Shown in pieces: positions 53,976 through 63,878 of a stretch of 64,000 bases of DNA (its first letter is position 1; each line of letters starts with the position of its first letter). This DNA comes from Alphaproteobacteria bacterium (GTDB lineage Bacteria > Pseudomonadota > Alphaproteobacteria > Micavibrionales > UBA2020). The notes under the pieces were generated by a model. The model had not been told where the DNA came from and did not search any database. It saw nothing but the letters and a program-made list of their open reading frames with translations. The stretch spans positions 997 through 64,996 of the forward strand of contig JBKBWZ010000004.1 in the NCBI GenBank assembly GCA_046314385.1, read 5' to 3'. Both the position numbers and the translations under genes were made by a program.

Positions 53976-54329
53976 ATGTCCGGCAAACTTACGACCCATG
54001 TCCTCGATACCACCCACGGCCGTCCGGCGGCGGGCATGGTTTTGCGCCTGTACCGCATGGGCGAAACGCCGGAGCCGATCTGTACAAAAACAACCGACAG
54101 CGACGGGCGCACCGGCGGGCCGATCCTTGACGAAGACAACTTCACCCCCGGGCGGTACCGCCTCACCTTCGATGTCGCTGCCTATTTCCGCACGCAAGGT
54201 ATTGATTTGCCGGAGCCGCCCTTCCTCGATGTCGTCACCATCGATTTCGGCATCACCGATGCGGCAGCACATTACCATGTGCCGCTGCTGGTCTCGCCTT
54301 ACGGCTATTCCACCTATCGCGGCAGCTGA
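53976..54329 (+). CDS. uraH: 5-hydroxyisourate hydrolase (transthyretin-like)
   Basis: LTTHVLDTTHGRPAAGM...HYHVPLLVSPYGYSTYRGS. Confidence 0.9.
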   Translation: MSGKLTTHVLDTTHGRPAAGMVLRLYRMGETPEPICTKTTDSDGRTGGPILDEDNFTPGRYRLTFDVAAYFRTQGIDLPEPPFLDVVTIDFGITDAAAHYHVPLLVSPYGYSTYRGS

Positions 54330-54330
54330 T

Positions 54331-55533
54331 TTATTTTTTCTGCTGTTCCAGCCAGGCCCCCAGCAATGCCCGCTCTTCCGCCGTCATGCCGGTTTCATTG
54401 CCCAGCGGCATGGTATCGGCATCCACGGTCTGTGCCTTGACGCGCACGGCATGCTGGCGCAGATCCTTAAGCGTTTCCAGCGCAACATCCAGCGGTGCCG
54501 CATCAACAGATTCATGTGTGGGAGTTTTTGCATGACAGGCCGTGCAGTGTGTTTTGACGATATCCATCACCACCGCATCATCGACCTTGCCGACATTGGC
54601 CAGACGCTCCAGCCGCGCCTGTGTTTGCAGCCATGATGCCGCCAGCATCACCAGCACAAACCCCGCCGCCCCCGCCGCCAGATAGCGGTGGTCGGTATTG
54701 CCTTTATGCTTCTGGTTAAAAAATTCACGTATCGGCCATGCCGCCGCGCAGAGCCCTGCCAAAATTGCCCAGTTGGCAGGCACGGCATAAAGCATCGGAT
54801 AATGGTTGCTGATCATAATCAGCAAGACCGGCAGCGTCATATAGTTATTATGCAGCGATCTTTGCTTGGCGGTTTTGCCGAGCGCGGGGTCGGGCTTCTC
54901 CCCCTTCAGCAGTGCCACCACGGTTTTTTTCTGGTTGGGGATAATCACCATAAAAACATTCGCGGCCATCACCGTGCCGATCATCGCACCCGCATGGATA
55001 AACGCGCCGCGTCCGCTGAAAATCTGGCACAGCACATACGTCGCGGCGGTCATCAGCGCGAACCAGACAAAACCAAAAATACGGTTGTCTTTGCCCAGTG
55101 GCGATTTGCACAAAAGGTTATAGGCAACCCAGCTGCCGACAATAAAACCAAGGCCGATCAGCGTGGCATCGACCGGATGCAAATCCAGTTTGGCGCGGTC
55201 AATCAGATAAAGCCCTGCGCCGTAATAATAAACAAGGCAGAGCAGCAAAAAACCGCTGATCCATGTCGCATAGGCTTCCCATTTAAACCAGTGCAGGTCG
55301 TCCGGCATATGGTCCGGCGCGACCTGATATTTCTTTTTGTGATAAAATCCGCCGCCATGCACGGCCCAGAGCTCGCCGCCAACGCCGTCTTTTTTATCCT
55401 TGGGGTCTGCGGGCGGCTTGAGGCTGTTGTCGAGCCAGATGAAATAAAAAGACGAGCCGATCCACGCAATCCCCGTAATCAAATGAACCCAGCGCAGCGC
55501 AAGCCCGAGCCAAGACGAAAAGTCGATATCCAT
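54331..55533 (-). CDS. puuD: Membrane urate hydroxylase PuuD with a C-terminal cytochrome c domain
   Basis: A multi-TM N-terminal body is followed by the CTACHA heme motif, in the operon context. Confidence 0.8.
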   Translation of the reverse strand: MDIDFSSWLGLALRWVHLITGIAWIGSSFYFIWLDNSLKPPADPKDKKDGVGGELWAVHGGGFYHKKKYQVAPDHMPDDLHWFKWEAYATWISGFLLLCLVYYYGAGLYLIDRAKLDLHPVDATLIGLGFIVGSWVAYNLLCKSPLGKDNRIFGFVWFALMTAATYVLCQIFSGRGAFIHAGAMIGTVMAANVFMVIIPNQKKTVVALLKGEKPDPALGKTAKQRSLHNNYMTLPVLLIMISNHYPMLYAVPANWAILAGLCAAAWPIREFFNQKHKGNTDHRYLAAGAAGFVLVMLAASWLQTQARLERLANVGKVDDAVVMDIVKTHCTACHAKTPTHESVDAAPLDVALETLKDLRQHAVRVKAQTVDADTMPLGNETGMTAEERALLGAWLEQQKK

Positions 55534-55534
55534 C

Positions 55535-57121
55535 TTACGCCGCCTGCTCGTAGGAAAGGATCATGTCATAGGCCGGCGTGGTCAGAAAATCTTCTAGCGT
55601 ATCGTTCATGACCAATGTATCGAACAGCCGAATGGCGTCTTCCAGATAGGCGTCTCCGCCTGCTGCGCGCAGCTTGTCCGATTCCTGCGTTAGCATCTCG
55701 GCCATCAGCGTATCGTCGATCACGCGGCCATCGGCCAGTTTTGCGCCGTGCACGCGCCATTGCCACAGCTGGGTGCGTGAAATTTCCGCCGTTGCCGCAT
55801 CTTCCATCAAATGATGGATCGGCACGCAGCCATTGCCCGACAGCCACGCGCGCATATATTGCAAACCGACATGAATATTGGCACGCAAGCCCGCCTCGGT
55901 AATATCACCCGCCGGAATGGCGAGCAGATCACTTGCTGTCACCTGCACATCTTCGCGCATCAGCCCCGTCTGGTTCGGCTGCGGCATGATGCGGTCGAAA
56001 ATCTCGCGCCCCTTGGCGACCAGTCCGGGATGGGCGACCCAGGTGCCGTCGTGTCCATCCGTCGCTTCGCGTTCTTTATCGGCGATGAATTTTTCAAGTG
56101 CTTTGTTGTTGGCATCCTCGTCGTTCTTGATCGGAATTTGCGCCGCCATGCCGCCCATGGCATGCGCGCCGCGCCGGTGGCAGGTTTTGATCAGTAGCTG
56201 GCTATAGGCGCGCAGAAAATGGCAGGTCATCGTCACACTGCTGCGGTCTGGCAAAACAAAGGCCGGATCGCGCGAGAATTTTTTGATAAAGCTGAAAATA
56301 TAATCCCAGCGCCCGCAGTTCAGGCCTGCGATATGGTCTTTCAGGCTATGCAATATTTCATCCATCTGAAACGCCGCAGTAATCGTCTCGATCAATACGG
56401 TCACCCGCACCGTACCGCGCGCAAGGCCAAGGGTATCTTCGGCATGGCAGATTACATCGCTCCACAGCGCGGCTTCCTGCCAGTTTTCCAGCTTGGGCAG
56501 ATAAAAATACGGGCCGGATTTTTTGGCCGCCAGTGCGGCATGATTGTGAAACAGATAAATTCCGAAATCAAAAAACGACGCCGAAACGGCCGCCCCGTCC
56601 AACAGCACATGTTTTTCATCCATATGCAGCCCGCGCGGACGTACCAGCAGCACAGCGGTTTTGTCGTTCAGTTTATAATCTTTGCCATTTTTGGCATCGG
56701 TAAAGGAAATTGTGCCGGCGTTTGCATCGCGCAGGTTGATTTGGCCCGCAATCTGGTTTGCCCATGTGGGGGTGTTTGAATCCTCAAAATCCGCCATAAA
56801 GCAATTCGCGCCCGAATTAAGCGCATTGATCACCATCTTGCGATCGACAGGGCCGGTGATTTCAACACGCCTGTCCTGTAAATCCGCTGGCACGGGGCGG
56901 ACTTGCCATTCAGCGGTGCGGATTTTTGCCGTTTCGGGCAAAAAATCAGGGCGATAGCCAAGGTCGAAAGCCCTTTGCAAGACCTTGCGGTCTTCCATGA
57001 GCCCGCGGCGGCGGTCAGCGAATTTTTTTTCGATATCCGCGATGAACGTCAGGGCGGCTGGCGTCAGGATTTGATCCTGTCCCGAAGCGGCAGGAGCTTG
57101 AATGGTCAGGTTTTGCGTCAT
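55535..57121 (-). CDS. aceB: Malate synthase A
   Basis: LNCGRWDYIFS, GGMAAQIP and DGTWVAHPGL are present. The start MTQNLTIQ at 57121 gives 528 aa. The track start at 57289 is too long. Confidence 0.9.
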   Translation of the reverse strand: MTQNLTIQAPAASGQDQILTPAALTFIADIEKKFADRRRGLMEDRKVLQRAFDLGYRPDFLPETAKIRTAEWQVRPVPADLQDRRVEITGPVDRKMVINALNSGANCFMADFEDSNTPTWANQIAGQINLRDANAGTISFTDAKNGKDYKLNDKTAVLLVRPRGLHMDEKHVLLDGAAVSASFFDFGIYLFHNHAALAAKKSGPYFYLPKLENWQEAALWSDVICHAEDTLGLARGTVRVTVLIETITAAFQMDEILHSLKDHIAGLNCGRWDYIFSFIKKFSRDPAFVLPDRSSVTMTCHFLRAYSQLLIKTCHRRGAHAMGGMAAQIPIKNDEDANNKALEKFIADKEREATDGHDGTWVAHPGLVAKGREIFDRIMPQPNQTGLMREDVQVTASDLLAIPAGDITEAGLRANIHVGLQYMRAWLSGNGCVPIHHLMEDAATAEISRTQLWQWRVHGAKLADGRVIDDTLMAEMLTQESDKLRAAGGDAYLEDAIRLFDTLVMNDTLEDFLTTPAYDMILSYEQAA

Positions 57122-57294
57122 GCGGAAATTCCTTGCGCTGCGTATCGTCAGAAACCGCCACAGTCTACCATGCCCGCCGCGCCGGAACACCCCCGATGAG
57201 GGCACGTTTTTACGGAACACGCCCGTTGTGCATGGCAACATCCGGCATTTCGCGCTAAACTGCCCTGCCGCTCCCTTTTTCTGATGCAAAAAAC

Positions 57295-58539
57295 ATGTCC
57301 ACCTTTCAATTTATCCGTCAAAATCTGCGTTTCTTGGCCTTCGGGTTTACCCTGACGTTTGTCTGTAATTTCGGACAGACGTTTTTTATCGGCTTTTACA
57401 ACCAGCCGCTGCGCGATGCCTATGGCCTGACCGGCGGCGACTTTGGCGCGCTTTATGGCTTGGCCACGCTTTGCGGCGCGGGCGTCCTTGTCTGGGTCGG
57501 GCGGCTGATTGACCATATCGATCTGCGTTACTATACCGTCGCGGTCATTCTTTTTATGGCGCTGGCCTGCGTGCTTATGTCGCTGGATGCCGGCATTGGC
57601 GCGCTGGCCGCCGCACTCTTCCTGCTGCGCCTGACCGGCCAAGGATTAATGCCGCATATTTCCAGCACCAGCATGGGCCGCTATTTCGAAGCCGGACGCG
57701 GCCGCGCGCTGAGCATCTCGGCACTTGGCGTCAATCTGGGGCTGGTGGTTTTGCCTGCGGTCTGTGTTTTTTTGATCGCCAAGGCCGGCTGGCGCGAAAG
57801 CTGGGGGATTTACGCGCTGTTTCTGGTCTGCGCCGTTCTGCCCGCCGTTCTGTTCATGCTCAAAGGGCACAAGGCGCGGCACAGCAAATGGCAGGCGGAA
57901 ATGACCGTGGCCGACAGCCAGACCGGCGCGCATAGCCGCATGAAACCTGCCGAAAAAGGATTCATCCTCGGCGATCCGCGGTTTTATCTGATCATGTCGG
58001 GCTTTCTGGCGATCCCGCTTTTTGCGACGGCTCTTTTCTTTTTTCAAGGTGATCTTTTACAGGCCAAAGGCTGGGATGCCGGTCTTTTTGCCTTCAGCAT
58101 GCCTTTTTTCGCGCTCAGCACCACCGTCTGTGGACTTTTTGGCGGCTGGCTGGTCGATAAAATCGGCGGCAGTCTGAAGCTGCTGCCTTTCGTCAATCTG
58201 CCGTTCGGTGTTGCGCTGGTCGTGTTGGCTTTTGCAGACCATGCCGCCGCGCTGCCCGCCATGCTGGCGCTGATGGGGGTCAGCAACGGTATTATCAGCA
58301 TCGTCGGCGGCACGCTCTGGCCGGAGCTTTACGGGACGCGCCGCTTGGGTGCGGTGCGGTCTGTGACGACATCGATCATGATTTTCGGCACGGCCGGTAT
58401 CCCCGCCGCGCTCGGCTATCTGTACGATGGCGGGCTCCGCATTGAAACGTCGTATCTGTGGTTTGCGGGGTATATCCTGCTGTGCTGCGTGATCCAGCTG
58501 CCGCTGGCCTTCAGGGGCGCGAAGAGCGCTGCGGCTTAA
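57295..58539 (+). CDS. MFS transporter
   Basis: 414 aa with about 12 TM segments. Confidence 0.8.
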   Translation: MSTFQFIRQNLRFLAFGFTLTFVCNFGQTFFIGFYNQPLRDAYGLTGGDFGALYGLATLCGAGVLVWVGRLIDHIDLRYYTVAVILFMALACVLMSLDAGIGALAAALFLLRLTGQGLMPHISSTSMGRYFEAGRGRALSISALGVNLGLVVLPAVCVFLIAKAGWRESWGIYALFLVCAVLPAVLFMLKGHKARHSKWQAEMTVADSQTGAHSRMKPAEKGFILGDPRFYLIMSGFLAIPLFATALFFFQGDLLQAKGWDAGLFAFSMPFFALSTTVCGLFGGWLVDKIGGSLKLLPFVNLPFGVALVVLAFADHAAALPAMLALMGVSNGIISIVGGTLWPELYGTRRLGAVRSVTTSIMIFGTAGIPAALGYLYDGGLRIETSYLWFAGYILLCCVIQLPLAFRGAKSAAA

Positions 58540-61237
58540 CGCTGTTCGCGGCCTGTTTTTGCCGCCAGGCCGCCGCTTTTTCAAACACAGCGGATACTGC
58601 CGTTGGCTTCAGCATGTCGCCGAAACCTTCCTGCTTCACATGGGCATAGAGCGTCGAAAGCTTCATGCTGCGCCCATCGGTCGCGCCCTTCGTCCACATT
58701 TTGGCAGAAACCGCATTGGCGAAATCGGCATCCAGCAGCGCGCGTTTTTGCAGCGCCGCCAGTGTCTGTCCGCCGCTCAGTTTTTCAAACGTGCTGCCAT
58801 CGCGCTTTGCCGCCAAGGCCAGCGCATGCAGCGCCAGCTGCGCCAGTTCCGGTTTGTGGAAAGCGGAAATATTCGGCGTGCGCAGTGACGATTGATGGTC
58901 GACGTTGCGGCCATAGGTCGCGGCAATCGGGCTGCCGTGGATTTTAAACTGTGCATGGGCCCATTTATCATACGACAGGCGAATGCGGTCGTGCAGCAGT
59001 TCGATACCATCCCCGTCAAACGCCGTATGCGCGCGGCATTTTTCAAAGACTTCAATCGGGCTGTTTTTGCGATCGCCCTGTGCCTGCGGGCGGTCATTGA
59101 GCATCAGGTTTGAAATCACATCCATCTGTACAAAACTGCGGCCCAGCTGGTCTTCGTCAAACTGCGTGACCTTGCCGTCTTTGGCTTTGGGCTGCAATTC
59201 TGCCGAAGGCCTGTTTTTCAACACCCAGAAAAACGCCTTGAGCGGCGCGATACCGTCAAGACCATGATCGAACAAAAGCTGCATATGTTCCAGCTGGCGC
59301 GCTTTGTTTTTATGCGCATTGCCGCTGATCATCCCCCCGTGCAGATCGCCGCCCCATGTCGCATAGGAATTGCGTCCTTCGTCAAGGTTCGGGTTGGAAA
59401 TGGCAATTTTGTTTTCGACGTTGGAAAACAGCATAATCAAAACCTGCCGCAGCCGCGCCTGAATATTCTCATAGGCCAGCTGGTGTTCTTCCTTGGCGAC
59501 AGTAACAACGTCATAGGCGACTTCTTCGAATTTGTTTTTCAGGTCGCTGATGCGGGCATCGATTTCTTCGCGCGTGGTATCGTCTTTGCGTGCTTTCAAA
59601 ATTTCGGCGATTTCGCGGCGAATTTCGGCATCTCGTTCATCGCTGATCTGCCCCGGATTGACGCCGGCAAAGATTTCGGCATAAACCTCGACCAGTCTTT
59701 GCACGTTGCGATATTCAAATTTACCGCCAATGCCTTTATAGGCCGTGCCGTCCGGCATAGTGCCGCCTTCGACCAGCGTGCGCGCAGCGCGCAGCGTCTC
59801 GTCAGAGCTGTTATCCGTGCCCATATAAACGCAAGTCAGCATATGGCGCATGCAGGTATCGAGCGCCGCCGCTGCGCCGCCTGCGGCATGCGCGGCCAGT
59901 ACGTCTTTTTTATAGGTCAGATGCGGCATGGCATTGAGGAATCCCTCGACGCCCAGTTCGGCAAAGCCCAGTTCTACCATCACGCGCACTTTGGCGGCGT
60001 TATAGGCGGAATCCGCGCCGCCCGACAGCGCCTGCGTGATGCCCTGTAATTTGTTTTTGCGCATATAGTCAAACAGCCACAAAAGCTCGTTGCGCATTTC
60101 TTCTTCAAAGCTGCGGCGCGGGCCTTTTTCCCACGGCGCGGGGCCGTCTTGTACCGGTTCGCTCTCTGCGCCTTTGAAATCATGCGCGACGGCCGCATGC
60201 GGGGCATGGCCTTTGTCGGCGGCTGGCGCGACGGTCACGATCTGGCTGGTATAGGCCATATCCGCAAAGCTGCTGCGGATACCTTCGGAGATGATTTCGC
60301 CATTTTGCGCCATCAACCGGCTGCCGAACTGCGCGAAGGTAGAGCCGGAAGAGCCAAGCCCGTCCGTATGCACAATCACGCCGCAATGTTTCGAGGCCAG
60401 CTTGCACAGTTCGCGGTGCTTGTCGATTTTATCTTCGACCGGCGGGCTGGCATTGGGGTTGAGCGCCACGGTAATGTCAAAACGCTTTGCCTTGTCGGCC
60501 AGCGGATTGTCGCGGTCGTAATCGCTGTTATCCGCACTGCTGTCAAAACGTGAGCCGACCCAGTATTCCTCGCAGATCACATGGGTCAGGTTGACGCGGC
60601 GCGCGCCCGATCCGATTTCCACCACCGGACTGCCGAAAGGGATGGGTTTTTCGGCAATCTCGGTACCGTCTGCCAGCGTCACGGCGGGCAGGTCGATCAT
60701 GATCGTGCCGTCGCGGCCTTTGCCGTGGTGATTGCTGTATTCATTGGCAAGGCTGTCGCTCCATTCCTCAAAGTGGCGTTTTTCGTAGCCGCGTTCGTAA
60801 TTGAACAGATAACGCTTTGCCGACATCGACACGACCTCGCCGCCCGAAATCAGCGTCTGGACGTTAAAATTGTTGTTGATGCGGTTATAGATAGGGTTTT
60901 TGCGCCGCTCCGGCTGGTCGGGCAGATTTTTATCGGCAAAATACCACGGATGCCCCACCGAAATGACAAGGTTCGGGTCAAGACTGGCCGCGTAATCGGC
61001 AATGACCTGCAACATCTCGCGTGTTTTATTGTTGTCGGAATAGTAAAAGTCATCGCCGCGCTCGTAGCCGCTGAGGCCCAGTTCTTCAAGCGCCAGAATA
61101 TCCGCGCCGTCGGCAACTGCGCGGTCTATCGCCTTGCAGATATTCGCCACGTTGCGCGGCCAGTCGCCGCCGGTCTGGTTACAGCTGGCAGAAGCGATCT
61201 TGAGCGTGATCGGCGCGGCGTTGATTTTATCGGTCAT
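58511..61237 (-). CDS. nadE: Glutamine-dependent NAD+ synthetase, unusually long form (908 aa)
   Basis: An N-terminal C-N hydrolase domain (ALEELGLSGY..HVICEEYW) is followed by the PP-loop ITQALSGGADSAYNA. Confidence 0.85.
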   Translation of the reverse strand: MTDKINAAPITLKIASASCNQTGGDWPRNVANICKAIDRAVADGADILALEELGLSGYERGDDFYYSDNNKTREMLQVIADYAASLDPNLVISVGHPWYFADKNLPDQPERRKNPIYNRINNNFNVQTLISGGEVVSMSAKRYLFNYERGYEKRHFEEWSDSLANEYSNHHGKGRDGTIMIDLPAVTLADGTEIAEKPIPFGSPVVEIGSGARRVNLTHVICEEYWVGSRFDSSADNSDYDRDNPLADKAKRFDITVALNPNASPPVEDKIDKHRELCKLASKHCGVIVHTDGLGSSGSTFAQFGSRLMAQNGEIISEGIRSSFADMAYTSQIVTVAPAADKGHAPHAAVAHDFKGAESEPVQDGPAPWEKGPRRSFEEEMRNELLWLFDYMRKNKLQGITQALSGGADSAYNAAKVRVMVELGFAELGVEGFLNAMPHLTYKKDVLAAHAAGGAAAALDTCMRHMLTCVYMGTDNSSDETLRAARTLVEGGTMPDGTAYKGIGGKFEYRNVQRLVEVYAEIFAGVNPGQISDERDAEIRREIAEILKARKDDTTREEIDARISDLKNKFEEVAYDVVTVAKEEHQLAYENIQARLRQVLIMLFSNVENKIAISNPNLDEGRNSYATWGGDLHGGMISGNAHKNKARQLEHMQLLFDHGLDGIAPLKAFFWVLKNRPSAELQPKAKDGKVTQFDEDQLGRSFVQMDVISNLMLNDRPQAQGDRKNSPIEVFEKCRAHTAFDGDGIELLHDRIRLSYDKWAHAQFKIHGSPIAATYGRNVDHQSSLRTPNISAFHKPELAQLALHALALAAKRDGSTFEKLSGGQTLAALQKRALLDADFANAVSAKMWTKGATDGRSMKLSTLYAHVKQEGFGDMLKPTAVSAVFEKAAAWRQKQAANSVKPQRSSRP

Positions 61238-61905
61238 CTGTTGAATTTCCGTGGTTTCGGTTTGGCGTTATTATTCTGTGCGGGCAGCAGTTCTGCCGAT
61301 TGCGCGATGCGGATACCGGCGGCACGCATGTCTTCTTTTGCTTCCTTGACAGCATCGGCAGAAAGGCCGCGGCTGGCATCTTCGACAAAAACGACTTTGA
61401 CGCCTGCCAGCATCGCCGCGGCATCCAGCGCGGAGAATTTGACGCAAAATTCGGTTGCAAGGCCGCAGACATGCAGTTCGGTGACGCCCTGTTTCCTGAG
61501 ATGTTCGGCAAGGCCGGTCACGGCCGCCTGATCATTATCGCGGAAGGCGGAATAACTGTCCACCGCGCGGTTTTGTCCTTTTTGCTGGATAAAGTCGACT
61601 TTATCCATTTTTAGACCGGGGTGGAATTCGGCATCTTTGGTGCCTTGTACGCAGTGATCCGGCCACATCATTTGCGGCTGGCCCGAAAGCACGCCCATCT
61701 CGAAGACGACCTTGCCCGGATGCTGGGAAGCAAAGCTGCCGTGATCGGCCGGATGCCAGTCCTGCGAAGCGACGATGTAATCATATCTACCGCCATCGAT
61801 CAGACGGTTGATAACGGGCACAACCCTGTCGCCCTCCGGCACGGCAAGATTGCCGCCGGGGCAGAAACCGTTTTGCACATCTACAATCAACAGAACCTTG
61901 GTCAT
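61234..61905 (-). CDS. pncA: Nicotinamidase/pyrazinamidase
   Basis: KVLLIVDVQNGFCPGG..DWHP..LHVCGLATEFCV. Its stop overlaps the nadE start. Confidence 0.9.
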   Translation of the reverse strand: MTKVLLIVDVQNGFCPGGNLAVPEGDRVVPVINRLIDGGRYDYIVASQDWHPADHGSFASQHPGKVVFEMGVLSGQPQMMWPDHCVQGTKDAEFHPGLKMDKVDFIQQKGQNRAVDSYSAFRDNDQAAVTGLAEHLRKQGVTELHVCGLATEFCVKFSALDAAAMLAGVKVVFVEDASRGLSADAVKEAKEDMRAAGIRIAQSAELLPAQNNNAKPKPRKFNR

Positions 61906-61925
61906 GATCTTATCCTTTATCTCTT

Positions 61926-63878
61926 TTATTTACCGCCCAGCTTGGGACGTTTTTGTTTCGCTTTGGGGGCGGCGGCGGGGGCGGCTGTATCGCCCTCAAA
62001 CCGCTCGGTATAGCTCTCCACACCCGACCTGTTACCCGCATGGCCGAGGTGCTTTTGTTCGCAGTCCATACGCTGCGCAAAAAGATTGGCATCCAGATAG
62101 ACGGGGATCCGTTTTTGCGGCGCCGGCAATTCCGCGGCGAGCGCCTTGATATCGATATTCAATGCCTCTTCACCGTTTTGCTGTGCCTTGTTAAAGAGCG
62201 CCAGCAGGCGGTCTTTGAGCACATCTTCGGGTTTGCGGCTGACGCGGCGAACATCATCGGGCAGCGTTTCCAGTTCTTGGCGCACAAAACCCGCCATAGC
62301 GGCAAGATCGGTCGTCAAAACGCCGCTGCCGGGAAAGGTTTCTTTTTGCACGGGGGCTTTGTACACATATTTGCCCTCCGCATCGAAAACCGGCACCAGC
62401 AGGTCTTTTTGCGTCAGGTTGGCGGGCGCAGCTTTCACATCCGCAAAATCACGCAGGTTGACCTGCTTGCCATCCGCGGCAAGGCCGAGGCGTTCGTCGT
62501 AAATCACCACCTGCGCCAGCTGACCGTTATCGTCATAAAAGCGGCGGGAATTGATGCGCCCGGGGTTCGATGATTTGACAGGGGCATGCGCCGCGACTTT
62601 CATTACCGGCGTCATGTCGGTACCACCTTGCGCGACTTTGCCGTCGAGCACATCCATGTAAACGGCGGCGGCTTTATAGACCAGCCCCAGCGGCGGCACG
62701 TGCGATCCTGCCGTGCCGATCCCCCAGGCCGTAAAAAATGCGCCGTCTTCGCGCATTTTCTGCGCCGTATATTCGTCAATACCATCGGCGGCGGCGCAGA
62801 AGACGCTGCATTTATCCGCATGTTTCAAAAGCTGCGCATCGGTCATTTTTTTGACCTGCGCGGCATCCAGCCCCTCGACGAAGCCTTCTTCGGCAAAGCG
62901 GCGCAGCGCAAGTTTGGAGTATTTCGCGATATCGCCGCTGTCAAAACGTACGCCGTAATAGGCGCCCAGCCCCTCGGCGCGCAGCTCCTTGATCACCGTA
63001 ATCGCATTTTCCAGCCCCTGCACCGGATCATACGTATCGACCAGCAAAATACCGCTTTCCGGATGCGCGAAAGCAAAGCTGCGGAAGGCATCGTTTTTGA
63101 GCGCGTCTTTCAATTCGGCCGTTTTGCCGGCAGCTCTCATATCCAGAAGGTCGCGGTACGTATGTTCGCCCACTTCCGCGCGGTGGGTCATTACCCAGGC
63201 ATGGTCCATCGTGCCCGCGAAAGCCTGCGCAAAAGATTTCGCCGCCGTGCCGGTCGACGTATTGGCATAGCCGCCGACCGCAAGGCTGCGCGAGGCCTCG
63301 ATAGCCGCGCCAAGACCCGGGCCGCGGCGCAAGCCCTGTACGCTGGCCGCACCTGTGGGCGAGCCGTTGTCCATCTCCCGGGTCAAGACGTCGGTCTGGC
63401 GTGCGCCCTGCGTGGCATAGGCACTATGGCCGTTCAGCAGGCAAAGCGCGACGGATTCCAGCATCTTGACCTGCGCAATCGGCCCTTCGACGCGCAGCAC
63501 CGGTTCTTGCGGGAAAAACACGCTGCCCTCTGGCGCGGCGTCGATTTTCAGCTTGAATTCCATTTTTTGCAGATAGTCGATGAAATCATCGGGAAACTGG
63601 CGTTGGCCGCTGGGCGTCTTGAGCGTGCGCAGATAATCCGTATCCTGAGGGGTCAGGCCGTGTTCCTGCCAGCGCTTGACGATATCGATAACGCCTTCGA
63701 GACCTGCGGCGACGGTATAGCCGCTGCCGCCGGCTTCTTTGCGGCCGAACATATAAAAGACGGCGGGGTTATCGGCGCGGCCTTCCAGCCAATAGGCATA
63801 GGCGGTGGTGAAATGGTATTTATCGGTCATCAGCGGGCTGGTTTGTTCGATGCCGTAGTTTTGTTCAATAAAGCCCAT
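61926..63878 (-). CDS. pncB: Nicotinate phosphoribosyltransferase, long form (650 aa)
   Basis: LMTDKYHFTTAYAYW..FGRKEAGG..GTMDHAW..VRFDSGD. There is a C-terminal extension of ~150 aa. Confidence 0.85.
   Translation of the reverse strand: MGFIEQNYGIEQTSPLMTDKYHFTTAYAYWLEGRADNPAVFYMFGRKEAGGSGYTVAAGLEGVIDIVKRWQEHGLTPQDTDYLRTLKTPSGQRQFPDDFIDYLQKMEFKLKIDAAPEGSVFFPQEPVLRVEGPIAQVKMLESVALCLLNGHSAYATQGARQTDVLTREMDNGSPTGAASVQGLRRGPGLGAAIEASRSLAVGGYANTSTGTAAKSFAQAFAGTMDHAWVMTHRAEVGEHTYRDLLDMRAAGKTAELKDALKNDAFRSFAFAHPESGILLVDTYDPVQGLENAITVIKELRAEGLGAYYGVRFDSGDIAKYSKLALRRFAEEGFVEGLDAAQVKKMTDAQLLKHADKCSVFCAAADGIDEYTAQKMREDGAFFTAWGIGTAGSHVPPLGLVYKAAAVYMDVLDGKVAQGGTDMTPVMKVAAHAPVKSSNPGRINSRRFYDDNGQLAQVVIYDERLGLAADGKQVNLRDFADVKAAPANLTQKDLLVPVFDAEGKYVYKAPVQKETFPGSGVLTTDLAAMAGFVRQELETLPDDVRRVSRKPEDVLKDRLLALFNKAQQNGEEALNIDIKALAAELPAPQKRIPVYLDANLFAQRMDCEQKHLGHAGNRSGVESYTERFEGDTAAPAAAPKAKQKRPKLGGK

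Noticed and set aside
54688-55611. 307-aa plus-strand ORF
   Set aside because: It is antisense to puuD, which has a multi-TM body plus a CxxCH heme motif. Its own product is Arg/His-rich.
59264-61531. 261-aa and 316-aa plus-strand ORFs
   Set aside because: They are antisense to nadE and pncA, which have strong motifs on the minus strand. They are typical GC-rich shadow frames.
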